NCBI RefSeq assembly: GCF_036365525.1
Contig: NC_090384.1
Span: 71,323,715 to 71,387,714, forward strand
Length of the DNA stretch: 64,000 bases
Source of the DNA: Heterodontus francisci
Taxonomy: Eukaryota
Direction: 5' to 3'
The notes under the pieces were generated by a model that saw only the letters and a list, made by a program, of their open reading frames with translations, was not told the DNA's origin and did not search any database. Both the position numbers and the translations under genes were made by a program. This document shows, piece by piece, positions 51,366-63,606 of this stretch (within the stretch, counting starts at the first letter, position 1; the number at the start of each line of letters is the position of its first letter).

Positions 51366-52482
51366 ATTATAGTCGTGTCCTGAAAGTTAAGCTCCTGGCA
51401 TTGGCCTCATCAGTGTCCTGTTTCTACTGCTGGTGGAGGTGTTGTCTGGAGGGCTTCCTGCCCCAAGTGGGGAACAGGATCTCCTTTGTTCTGTCCACTG
51501 TCTGCACCAGGGTCTCCAATGTGGCAGCAGAGAACTTGGGTGCCCTGTCTGGACCTCTTGCAGCCATTTTAGTCATTTGAGAATGATTGTTCCTGTCTGC
51601 AGCCGAAGTGCACCTATCCTTTGATAGATGCTGGCTCCCTTTAAGTAGAGTTGGAAATGCCCCATTTCCTGACCTCCCCCCAAATAAATGAATAAATGAA
51701 TGCCAGAATCATTTTACTGAGGTCCAGCATGAATTTACCATGCTGCCTGGGACTACAGTTGTGTGCCACACGCAACCTTTTTCTTTATTCATTCATGGGA
51801 TGTGGGAGTCGCTGGCTATTTCAGCATTTATTGCCCATCCCTAATTGCCTGCTCCCTGTGTGTCTGCTTTTGAATGAAATCGAATTTGTAGGCCAATTTC
51901 AGTCAGAAGGTAGATTTTTTTTCGATAATGGTGCAGTTTCTTAGCTTGGTTAGAAACGGGTGCCAAGCTCACCTGAATGTGCTGTCTGCAGGCAGTTTTC
52001 TGCAGTCAGGTCATTTATCAGTTATACATATACCCAGATGCAGACTTGGACATGTGCAGGGATCATTCTTGGAGTGTACAATTACGGTGTAGTTGAAATC
52101 TAAAGGGATGTAAGCTATTAAAGGGAAGCATCAGAATATGGCGACAAAAACCCATATCAGCCTTCTAAAAGGCCAAAGGTATTTCATGCCTTTGACGAGA
52201 TGAAGGGGGAAAAAACTGATTGGGTTTCATTTCACTACAGTTTTGTCAATATATAGGCAAGAGCCTGCGAGCAAGCAACAGGATTGCTCAGCACCCTACC
52301 CCTTGATTACTGACTGCTGAAGTGGAGGTGGCTAAATCTCTGTGGGCAGCTTTCTTCAAATTTAGCAGTGAGCATTGACACTTCACCACAGACGGCAAAA
52401 TCTGGGTCCCTATGTTGTATCCTTCAAGTAACTAGTCCAATGCCTCTTTTTTGTATTCTAGAATTAATATCTACTATTAGAT

Positions 52483-52612
52483 ATGCCGGTTGTGTTGGGA
52501 TCACAAACTATGGAGGAAGGAGGAATAACCTTTGATGCTTTGGAAAGATTTTGCAGCAGTCATGAGCAAACATATGCTGAATTCCTAGAATCGTTTATGT
52601 ACCTTAGAAAAG
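52483..52612 (+). CDS. IFTAP: IFTAP (C11orf74/NWC) first coding exon: MPVVLGSQTMEEGGITFDALERFCSSHEQTYAEFLESFMYLRK
   Basis: Resembles remembered human N-terminus (..[26 protein letters not shown]); acceptor TTTTTTGTATTCTAG at 52461 (alternative AG at 52480); donor AAG|GTAAGC at 52613, phase 1; synteny with RAG2. Confidence 0.88.
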
Positions 52613-53562
52613 GTAAGCAGCTTTGTCAGATGATGATTGTTACGTAGTGGATGAAGACTGCGAAAGCATGGGTGGGGTGGAGTTTCCACTTTGGGTACAA
52701 TTGGTGATTCCAGTGCAAATTGCATCCAAAATTACACCCATTTTGAAAAGTGCTTCCCTCCCCGTGTTTCTGCTCAAATCATTTGCATATCGCCCATGTA
52801 AACTGCAACGAACTAGCATAATTAAACAGTACATTAAAATATAACTTTAAAAATTAATCCTGAATATATTATAAGAGTGGTAATTTGATAAAGTTTGATA
52901 CAGCTGAAAATGGGCTTATAATAAAAAAATTAAGAATTTTAAATCATCGTGTCAATTCACCACCTGACACTAACCTGATTTGAAATGACTAAAATTACTT
53001 TTAAAATATATGCAAAACTATTTTCTACTTAGATTGGGATACACTAGTCAGTTCCTTTGCAAATTAGGAAAAAAAATCATTCAAAACCTTTCAGAGTGTA
53101 CCTATTAGTGTCCTTGCACCCAAAACATCCAGCTTACTTTTTGGAGCTCTCTTGAAGGCCCACAAACGAGCACTATTAGCAGTAAATCCCAATGGTGATT
53201 AATTCACCCTGGGGGCATGGAATGTTTTGTGGGTGGGGCTCTCCTCTAGAATGATGTATAAAAACTAGTGCAAAAGAAAGCAGAAGCACTTAAAATGACA
53301 CAATCTTTTGCGCTGGTGACGCCGAAGAACCAGCACAATGGAGCGGAAACTCCAGGAGTATGCCTCTCTGCAGGTGAGGAAAATCTCAATTTATGGGTGA
53401 AAAGCTCATCAGTATCTAAAGAAAACTGGTAATTCCATCCTCAAGAAGCATAAAGAATTTTTTTCAAAACACTAGCCAACTTTCTGTTGTGATACACACG
53501 TGGAGTCTTGCCATCGTCTTCAGGTGGAGTGTAGTTAGAGTGCAGGGGATAATTGGACTAGA

Positions 53563-53717
53563 ATTGGAATAAATAAAAATAGAAAATGCTGGAAATACTC
53601 AGCAGGTTTGGCATCATCAGTGAAGAGAGAAACAGAGTTAATGTTTCAGGTCAATGATCTTTCATCAGAATGGTGTTTTTATTTCAGATTTCCAGCATTT
53701 GCAGTATTTTGCTCTTG
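53563..53717. repeat. Short inverted Penelope-like insert with 13-bp direct repeat
   Basis: TAATTGGACTAGA at 53550-53562 and 53718-53730; internal AAATGCTGGAAAT / ATTTCCAGCATTT inversion. Confidence 0.6.
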
Positions 53718-53784
53718 TAATTGGACTAGAGTTTGTAGACATAATTCCGTTCCTATTTTTAAAGTCATAAGATCGGTCCCTATT

Positions 53785-54132
53785 TTTATTTATTTATTTA
53801 ATTTATTTAGAGATACAGCACTGAAACAGGCCCTTCGGCCCACCGAGTCTGTGCCGACCAACAACCTCCCATTTATACTAATCCTACTTTAATCCCATGT
53901 TCCCTACCACATCCCCACCATTCTCCTACCTACACTAGGGGCAGTTTACAATGGCCAATTTACCTATTAACCTGCAAGTCTTTGGCTGTGGGAGGAAACC
54001 GGAGCACCCAGCGGAAACCCACGCGGTCACTGGGAGAACTTGCAAACTCCGCACAGGCAGTACCCAGAACTGAACCTGGGTCGCTGGAGCTGTGAGGTTG
54101 CGGTGCTAACCACTGCACCACTGTGCTGCCCT
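53785..54132 (-). mobile_element. HE1-type V-SINE
   Basis: Full head GGGCAGCACAGTGGTGCAGTGGTTAGC on minus; (TAAA)n tail. Confidence 0.88.
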
Positions 54133-54149
54133 TAATAAGATATTGATGA

Positions 54150-55960
54150 AATGATGATGATGGCAGATGAAGGCTTGTCTCTGATAGTTGGCATGATCGT
54201 TAGTGAGTAAAGAGGCCAATTCTTGATCTGCAGGCTGTTGAGCAGTTGGGGCACTGGAACTCTTGGTTTGGAGGGGGCTCTGGTATAAGCATTGTCTGTT
54301 CTTCAGCAGCCTTGCGTCTGTTTGTTTCAAACATGTAGGCTGCTTTGTGCGCCAGCTGTCTCTGTCAGCAGCCTCCTGCTCCTGCACCCGTTGGACAATG
54401 TCAGCCAGAGCGAGCGTCTTTTTCAGCTGGTCTTTAAACCGTTCGTGAGGTACACCTCGCTCTTGCTTACCGGAGCATAGTTCACCATAAAGCACTGCTT
54501 TTGGAATTCTGGAATCCTGCATGGCTGACAATTGTCCTACCCTGCACAATTGGCATTCAATCCTGGGCATATTGGCTCTGTTGAGGACTTCATTGTTTGC
54601 AATGTAGACCTGCCATCTGATGTTCATGATGGATCAAAGACAGCTTTGATGAAAGTGTTCCAGCAGTTGCGTTTATTTTCTGTACAGAACCCACGATTCC
54701 AACCCATTCAAGAGAGTGGAGATGACAACTGCTCTGTATACTTGAATTTTGGTAGAGATGCGTAGTGAATGGTTTCACCAGACATGCTTCGAGAGGCGGC
54801 CAGAGGAGCTGCTGGCCTTGGGCAGTCGATTATCTATGTCCTTGTTGACAGGGGCATCATTTGAGATAACTTTTCTCAGAAGACCTGAAGGAACAGTATT
54901 TGAGATAATACTACCTAAACTGTTCTACTGCATTGAAGTTGCTACTGTCAATGCTAATCTGTGGTGCATTGTACTTTCCTTGGGGCTGTGTTGGTACAGC
55001 ACTTCTAATTTCTTTAGGCTAATAGTACGGCCAACGGCATTTGCTGCATCAGAAAAACTGTTCACAATGAGCTGAATTGCCTCCTCTGTGTGTGCCAGAA
55101 GGGCATAGTCGTCAGCAAACAGAAGCTTCATGATAAGTTACTCTGTGATTTTGATATGTGCCAGTAGTTGTCGCAGATTGAAGAGACTGCCGGAAGTCTG
55201 TTCGGAAGTGGATGTATATGTCCTCTGTCAAGCCTGCCTTTGCCTCTTGAAGGAGCATACTGAAAAAAATAGAGAAAAGTGTCGGTGCCAGAACATGCCC
55301 TTGCTTAACACCATTCGAGGTAGGGAAGCAGTCTGAGAGGGCTCCATTCTGCTTGACCTGACCTTTCTGGCCTTTGTGCAATTGACGGCGAATGAGGAAG
55401 AACATTGGAGGGCGCCCAATCTAGATAGTATTTTCCAAAGTCCATCCGACTGACTGTATCGAATGCCTTGATGAGATCTACATAAGGTAACATACAGGCC
55501 CAAACTTAGTTCTCTACACTTCTCCTGGATCTGTTTCAGCACAAAAATCATGTCTATAGTTCCCCATTGGATCTGAATCAGCATTGACTTTCAAGGAGGC
55601 TTTCTTCATGTATTGTCGGAACAAATCTATTTAGAAGCACTCTGGCAAGATTTTGCGTGCATTGGAAAGTAAGGCAATGACTCTGTAGTTTGAACAGCCA
55701 GACTTCTCTCCCTTGTTTTTTTAAGAGGGAGATGGTCACTGCATCTTAAAGGTTCTGAGGCACTCCCTTTCTCCCAATACACCATAAACAGATCTGTAAG
55801 CCTATCAAGGATCACATCTCCTCCCTGTTTATAGACCTCAGCTGGAATCCCATCTGTTCTGGGGCTGTGTGTGATTTTAATTGTGCTATAATGGTCTTGA
55901 TCTCTTTATGGATTGGTGGCTCATTCAGTCAGACTTCATTTCCCTTTGGGAGATCTTTAT
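54150..55960 (-). mobile_element. RTE-clade LINE, 3' portion, decayed
   Basis: GVKQGHVLAPTLF, LLFADD, RIPKAVLYGEL..RFKDQLK; (CAT)n tail. Confidence 0.85.
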
Positions 55961-56781
55961 GGTGAATGTATTCAAATATTATTCATAGTAAAAGCAAGAC
56001 TGACTGTAACTTGGGAAGCAGTTGGTTGGAACATAGGAATCTTTCTGCAGCACAAAGTTGAGGAACTGGAAAGCTCAAAACTGAAGCTCTAAAGTGTAAT
56101 TATAGCATGACACATTTATATAGGCAGTTTCCATTATAAATGGGATTTATAGTGGAATCCGTTGACACAAATGTGTGCCAAAAATGATACAACAGGAAGG
56201 AAGGTTCTGTGGAGAGGAAATGAACATAGATGTAAGATTTTTAAATTATAGATTACATTGATAGTGATGAGCTTCAGTGTGAAAATTGTTAGTTGAACTC
56301 CTTTATTATTTGGATCACACCAAAGACCACACAGTCATATATTCTTAGAAAGTTTGCATTTTGAGAGCCTGTTATAAAGCAGAAGTTCTGGAAGTGGTTA
56401 TTTGTGTGCACTTTGTGCTGCTGTGACTAGCAAGTAGACAGCCTTTGGCAAAAATCAAAGGACATGCTATTTGTAGTTACCTCTTGGGTCTACTTCAAAA
56501 AGGTTACAGTACTTGAGACATATTACATGATGAATGGTGAAAGTACTAATGCATTTTCTAAAAGTTACTCTTTGAATTTGAAAGCAAAAGTGTGTCCTTC
56601 ATATTGGATCAGATTGCTAATTTGGAAGTATGCCCATTTTTTCTTCAAATGCGTTATTCAGTATAAGATACTTTCCATGCTTCTTAGTGCAAAATAGTAC
56701 CCAGCTTTGTGGAGTTAACTTGTATCAAGAGTAATATTAAAGTTTTCCTATGTAAACTTAGTGAGCTTTCACATTTTTCAG

Positions 56782-56918
56782 AAGACCTGAAGGAACAAAA
56801 GGCATCGGTTCCTAAAGTTGGCAGCATAGCAGAAGATAATGAATACACTCTAGCCCAGAGTGAAGTGTCGGTAAATTCTGTACAGAAAGGAGGGGAGCTG
56901 CTGAAGGATGACGAGCAG
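56782..56918 (+). CDS. IFTAP: IFTAP second coding exon: (E)DLKEQKASVPK...ELLKDDEQ; gene continues beyond window
   Basis: Acceptor CATTTTTCAG at 56781; phase-1 start joins the previous exon in frame (G+AA=E, like human ..SQ-ED); 137 nt open; ends DEQ like the remembered human EEQ; donor CAG|GCAAGT. Confidence 0.72.
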
Positions 56919-58319
56919 GCAAGTTTTGAATTGGAAGCACATGGGATTTATAAGTTAGCAATCAATATAATTTCAATGTGATTTTTAACGCAGAGAGGCA
57001 ATTCTTTGGCATACACGAGGAATGCATGAGGAGGCTCTTTCAAGGGTATTTTCCATTCTATATTAAAATTTATAGTTGAATTATGTTTACCAAAAAGTTG
57101 TGCAGTTTCTGGTTATTCAAGATACTTTGAAATACGAAAGACTATCATCATGTCAAGAAATTTGAAAGATTTACGAAGTGCCACCATTTTGTGTTATTCA
57201 CATTTTGTTCTTCTGTCAAGCAAAGTTGCACAAGGTCATTTGGAAATTACGGAGAGCGAGTTAAAAATGTTTGAATAGGACCATGCTATTAGTATTGGTT
57301 AAACATTCAGTGCTGATGAGCTCATTTAAAGACTGATTTCGGAGGATTACATACAACCTAATAGCAGAATTAACTTGCACATTTAAAATGGAATTATTTT
57401 GAAGTTACATGGTTTAATGACTGCATCTCGACTGACAATTCAACTTCGTCATATTATCTGCATCTGTAATTACTTAAAAATAGCATACATGATGTGTTTA
57501 AATATAACTCAAAGAAACAACAGCAAAAGGCAAGGAAAAAATGTTAAAGTTAATCATAATTAATTAACAATAAATATATTTTATTAAAAAGAGGCTGATA
57601 GTGAGCCACCCTTTGAAATTGTGCTTGTATTTTTTTTATGAACAGTTTGTACAGCAATGCCGACATAGTTTTCTTTACTGAGCAGTTGAGTCGAAAGCTC
57701 CATCTTGTAGCATAGTTTAAGATGATAACCCTTCCAAGATTAAAATTCATATCACTACATGTATGTGCCACCAAGTATCAGCATCTTCCACTGATTTATT
57801 TTCATTGTAGTTTGTTTTTGCTGAAGAATTTACTGTTGACAGATGTTAGAAATGGGGCTTGATGATGGCTGGAAGAGCTGAAGTAACCATTCCAAATGTA
57901 ATTATTTACTTTTTTGTGTTCGGCAGTTTAATAGTTCAATGCAAAAGGAAGGATCCCGATTGGTTATTCCTATAATATCTAGACATTGATACCAGGAGAC
58001 GCATGCTAACCAAGAGACTGCAACTATATTCTGTCCTGTTTTGGTCTAGCATGTATTTATTTAAATTTGGTGAGAAAAGCCACTTATCTACTTCTGTTTT
58101 TAGCGAAGGATCTCAAGATTATAGGCAGCTAGTATGCCTGCTTCAAAAATGTTTCACTAAAATGGCCTTTGACGTATGTTTGAGATATGAATTGTATGTT
58201 TCTGTTAAAAGCTTGTAGCAAATTGGAAAGAAGTCCATTCTAAAAGAGAGCTTAAGGCTAGCCTTAAGCTTGAAATACTGTTTCAGCACAGTTATAACTT
58301 TGTCTCCTACCCTACTAGA

Positions 58320-59878
58320 AAATTGCCCATGTCCTCTCCACAAAAGCAGGACAAATCCAGTCTGACCAATTACCACCCATCAGCCTACTCTCAATCATCA
58401 GCAAAGTGATGGAAGATGTTGTCGACAGTGCTATCAAGGGTACTTACTCACCAGTATGCTGCTCACTGATGCTCATTTTGGGCTCCACCAGGACCACATG
58501 GCTCCAGACCTCATTACAGCCTTGGTCCAAACATGGACAAAAGAGTTGAATTCCAGAGGTGAGGTTAGAGTGACTCCACTTGACATCATGGCAGCATTTG
58601 ACTGAGTGTGGCATCAGCAAGCCCTAGTAAAATTGAAATCAATAGGAATTATGGGGAAAAACTCGTCACTGGCTGGAGTCACACCTAGCACAAAAATGGT
58701 TGTGGTTGTTGGAGGCCTATCATCTCAGCCTCAGGGCATCACTGCAGGAGTTCCTCAGGGCAGTATCCTAGGCCTAGCCATCTTCAGCTGCTTCATCAAT
58801 GACCTTCCCTCCATAAGGTCAGAAGTGGGGATGTTTGCTGATTGCACAGTGTTCAGTATCATTCACAACTCCTGAAGCATTCCATGCCTGCATGCAGTAA
58901 GATCAGTATTCAGGGCTGGGCTAGTAAGTGGCATGTGTCATGCAGACTCCCACCTGCCAAGATTGAGACACATATTTTGCTACAGGAACATTAAACCTTA
59001 ACATTGTTGCTTGGAGGAAAAGAGGGCCGATCACAAGGAATTGCCAGGCCCCTTGCCAGAAAGACCTTTTTTGCATACTAGCAGACAGTGTTGGAACAAA
59101 GGAACCAGTCCCTGCTCCCCCAATACACAGATGACTTGGTCAGAACAGTTTAGTCACATGACATGGCTTTTGGAGATTTTTGAATTTGAACTTGCCACCG
59201 TGTTTTATAACGCAGAAAGCTATTTGCTCCTGGACTGGAAAAGACCTCTCTCCTGTCTGCTCATCTCTTTCTCACCAGCTTTGGAATCCATTGAAGACAC
59301 AGGAATCCCAAGAGAGAAATGTCTCCTACAGTGAACAAGGTTTAAGAAGAATACTGGGCCCCAACGAAAAGCAAGAACTACCTACAAAAGGTCTACAGTG
59401 AGCTTGAAGCACGGTAACAAGAAACTCTCCTGATATTGCCTCAAACCTCTCTATTTTTTCTTCTCTTTTCTGTCTCTATTTGCATAAGCATATCGCGTAT
59501 GCATGCTGGCATGCAGGGCGGCGTGTATCAGTAGGCGTTAACCAAATTAGAGTTTAAGTTTTAATAAATTCCACTTTTCTTCTTTAAACCTAAGAAGGCC
59601 TGTTTGTGCTCATTTCTTTGCCTTATAATTGGAAAGCAGTGAACAAGGATTCACCATGGGGGAGCTCAAAACGCAGTGTGTTTAAAATTAAATCCTGTTA
59701 CAATAAAACCAGGTGAAGGCTGACAGAGACCCCTAGACACCTTTCTCACCTGGTCGTAACACATGTAACATTCATGCCACACATGTGCCAGGCAATGACC
59801 ATCAAGAGAGAATCTAACCACCTCCCCTTGACATTCAACAGCATTACAATCATTAAATCCCCCACCATCAACATACTT
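58320..59878 (+). mobile_element. RT fragment of the tRNA-headed LINE family, split by a solo LTR
   Basis: Matches ~14715-15470 on both sides of the LTR. Confidence 0.8.
58936..59761 (+). mobile_element. Solo LTR (826 bp; Gypsy/ERV-like)
   Basis: TGTCA...TAACA termini; perfect 4-bp TSD CATG/CATG; AATAAA ~59563. Confidence 0.85.
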
Positions 59879-59884
59879 TAAAAA

Positions 59885-61380
59885 AAATTATTTCACGGAT
59901 GTGGGCATCATTTGCTAGGCCAGCATTTCTTGCCCATTCCTAATTGCCCTTGAGAAGGTGAGCTGCCTTCTTGAACCGCTGCAGTCCATGTGCGGTAGGT
60001 ACACCCACAATGCTGTTAGGAAGGGAGTTCCAGGATTTTGACCCAGCGTCAGTGAAGGAACGGCGATATAGTTCCAAAACAGGATAGTGTGTGACTTGGA
60101 GGGGAACCTGGTGGCGGTGTTCTCATGCATCTGCTGCCCTTGTCCTTCTAGATGGTAGAGGTCGCGGGTTTGGAAGGTGCTGTCGAAGGAGCTTTGGTGA
60201 GTTGCTGCTGTGCATTTTGTATATGGTACACACTGCTGCTACTGTTGGTGATGGAGGGAGTGATTGTTGAAGGTGGTGGATGGGGTGCCAGTCAAGCGGG
60301 CTGCTTTGCTCTGGATGGTCTCAAGCTTATTGAGTGTTGTTGGAGCTGCATTCATCCAGGCAAGTGGAGAGTATTCCATCACACTCCTGACTTGTGCCTT
60401 GTAGATGGTGGACAGGCTTTGGGGAGTCAGGAGAAGAATTCCCAGCCTCTGATCTGCTTATGTAGCCACAGTATTTGTATGGCTGGTCCAGTTCAGTTTC
60501 TGGTCAATGGTAACCCCCAGGATGTTGATAGTGGGGGATTCAGCGATGGTAATGCCATTGAATGTCATGGGGAAATGGTTAGACTCTCTCTTGTTGGAAG
60601 TGGTCCTTGCCTGGCATTTGTGTGGCACGAATGTAGCTTGTGACTTATTAGCCCAAGCCTGAATACTATCCAGGTCTTGCTGCATATGGACATGGACTGC
60701 TTCAGTATTTGAGGAGTTGCGAATGGTGTTAAACATTGTACAATCATCAACGGATATCCCCACCTCTGACCATCATTGTTCAGAGTCATCATTGATCAGA
60801 AACTTAACTGGAACAGCTGCATAAATTCTGTAGCTACAAAGCAGGTCAGAGTTTCCCTCCTCCCCAAAACCTTTCCACCATCTACAATGCATGAGTCAGG
60901 AGTGTGATGAAATACCTTCCACTTGCTTAGATGCATGCAGCTCCACTCAAGGAGCTCAACACCATCCAGGACAAAGCAACCCGCTTGACTCGCATCCCAT
61001 CCACCATGATAAGCCTTTGCTTCCTCCACTACTGTTGCACTGTGGTTCCATCTACAAAACTGCAGCAACTCACCAGTGCTTCTTTGGCAGCACCTCCCAA
61101 ACCTGGGGACCCTTACCACCTAAAAGGACAAGGGCAGCAGGCACATGGGAACACCTTCTAGTTACACACCATCCTGACTTGGAAATATATTGCCGTTACT
61201 TCATCATCGCTTGGTCAAAATCCTGGAACGCCCTCCTTAACAGTACTGTGGGACTCTAGGTATACCTACACCATATGGGCTGCAGTGGTTTAAGAAGGCA
61301 GCTCACCGCCACCTTCCCGAGGGCAATTAGTGATGGGCCTTGCAAGAGATGACAACATCCTGTGAATGAATTAAAAAAAG
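59885..61380. mobile_element. Two 3' fragments of the tRNA-headed LINE family, head-to-head (minus 59885-60770, plus ~60780-61380)
   Basis: Both resemble 15230-16139, in opposite orientations. Confidence 0.75.
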
Positions 61381-62915
61381 GTAACCCTTTGTTGACCAGT
61401 TCATATGAGTTGCTGATATTTTTGCAACATTGTCGAATGGTATGCTACCAGCTACTTATTGAATAATAGTAATAGGTTGACCAGAACTATTTTTTCCCTC
61501 TTTCTTCTCCCTCTGTCCCCAACAACAAAGAAAACGAAAGTCAGACTTACATTTATGTAGTTCCTTTCATGACCTCATGATGTTTCAAAGTGCTTTACAG
61601 CCTATGAACAGCAAGGTCCCACAAACATCAGTGTGATAATTACAGTATACACACATCCAAGTGGCTCTTCAGCCGATATATATATTAAAAAATTGCCTAA
61701 GCAGGGATTTGTTGCTCTATGACAGAATGGTAACTCATGTTTTTTTAAGTCATGCTGCACCCTGTCAAGGTTGATGTTTTGAAAGTGATTAACTAAACTA
61801 CATGTAGTTACATGCTCGTTTTTATCTGATGCCTCAGCAACATTTGGTACAGCTGCAGTCCTATTAACATTCCCTGGCATATGCTTATTCTCTGACCTGA
61901 GGATCAGATACAGGAGATGCGACCAAACATTTATAAAAAGAGCATATTGGTTTAAAAAAATGTGGATGAACACATTCAACAAAAAAGCCCCATAAGATTT
62001 TGAGAGACTTGAGACATTGGCACCAGTTCCACTGATGCAGAGAAGGCTAAGTGGAGACATAATAGAGATTTTAAAAATTATGAAAGGATTTGATAGTGTG
62101 AATGATAAATATTATTTTCTGTAGCTGGGGAGTCAATAAGAGAGTAATATTTTAAAATGGACGATCACTATTGGAGAGAGGGTAAAATAAATATTTATGC
62201 AGAGAGTTGTTAGAAGTTGGAATGCTTTGCTATAGGGGATTAATTGTAGCAGAGACCTTTGCATGTCTTCAGGGAAGAGGAGGCATACATTTGATCAGAG
62301 GAATATTCAGGGCATTTTGATTAGTTTTGGACTGCTCAAGCATGGAACTGGCGTAGATGTGATGGCCAAATGGCTTCCTCCTTTGCTGTAAACTTCTGTG
62401 GTTCTACAAAAGATGGCATTCCTTTAATTGTGGCACTTTTTAAAGGTTTCGTAATAATTACTGATATTTTTGAGATTTACTGCCCCTCCTATATTTTGAG
62501 CTATTAATACATTAAAGACATTGTTGGTTTTACACAAACTGGATTTCAAAATGGTAAAATGCATGAATTTTTTTCAGACTATAGTTAAAGGCTAAGAAAT
62601 AGTATTTGCAGTAGACATCTACTATGCAGCCCAGTTGCTATGGAGTGAAACTCAAGTTTTAACAGAAAATTCAAGTATACTGTAATGAGTAACCTCAGAA
62701 ATGTCAGATTTCAAATGTTGATCTTCCTGTTATTTTGTTAACAACTTCTTAGATCTAGGTAAAAACAGGCATGCTGTTATTTTCACTGCCTAGAAACGAC
62801 AGTAACAAGATTGTTTATCCATCATTTTTAACATTCTGCTAAAATATTTTTCAAGTGCCTAATAGTTGCGATATGAAAATAAAGGACTAAAGTATATTAT
62901 AATGTGTTGAGCAAT

Positions 62916-63606
62916 TGTTACGGACAGGTGGGAAGTGGTGTGGGTGACTTCCACTTTTCACCTCTCAACTGACCACAGATAGTGTTTTAAAAAGTATTTT
63001 AGTTCCTGAGTGTTTTAAGGGTCAAATAAATAAACAAATGACACCTTTTCTCATAGGTTAAAAAAGATAAATATTTATTTTTACACAATGACCGAAAAAT
63101 GTTTGTAACTTCACCCACTCATGCATTCACACAAATGCACACACATACAAGAAAATATAGAGTAGAGTAGTAGCGTGCAATTAGAGTCCAATTGTTGTGA
63201 AAGAATTCGTAGTTTTAAAAAACCTTTAGAAGTTTTCCAGAAGGAAATCTTTCAACCGTGCAGGCCTTAATATTTGTTTTCTTGAAAAGGATGAAGTGTC
63301 GCAGGCTCCTTGTGGTTAAGCCTCAATCTAAAGTCGATGGTGGACATCCAGGTTCACTTTCGCAGATGGGGAGTTCCAAAGTCACTTTGCAGTTTCTCTG
63401 CTGCAGTAGTTAAAAGATGTTATCAGCAAGGCTCTTGCTTAGCTGGAACTGTCTCACAGCTGTTCTGACTGTAGAAGGCTTTTTCTTGCTGTTTTGCCTT
63501 TCTGTCTCTCCAGAGAGATACCTTTTAAGGTAGAAACTTGTCAGGTTGAGGTGTCGGTCAGGTGACTAAGGGCTCTCCTGACCTCTACTCCATCTTGCCT
63601 GTAACA
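62916..63606 (-). mobile_element. Possible solo LTR
   Basis: TGTTAC...GTAACA termini; end resembles rc of the other LTR 3' ends; TSD unconvincing. Confidence 0.45.

Larger units (their letters stand above)
49642..51567 (-). pseudogene. Harbinger-associated Myb/SANT DNA-binding protein relic, split by a hAT insertion
   Basis: 51567-51366 translates MAARGPDRAPKFSAATLETLVQTVDRTKEILFP..*K..NARSLTFRT; resumes after the TSD as CW(fs)KFNDISRLVK|GTAAG at 49642. Confidence 0.65.

Noticed and set aside
56709-56981. 90-aa stand-alone ORF
   Set aside because: Only 56782-56918 fits the IFTAP exon; the rest is intronic read-through
57843-57881. Next IFTAP exon after GACAG acceptor
   Set aside because: In-frame TGA after 12 codons and no recognisable IFTAP motif
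58845-58873. RSS-like CACAGTG + 13 nt + ACAACTCCT; other CACAGTG heptamers at e.g. 18450, 27994, 36174, 45728
   Set aside because: Nonamers are poor or wrongly spaced and most lie within repeats; chance level
61602-62060. 152-aa minus-strand ORF
   Set aside because: No recognisable motif; starts and ends in repeat fragments
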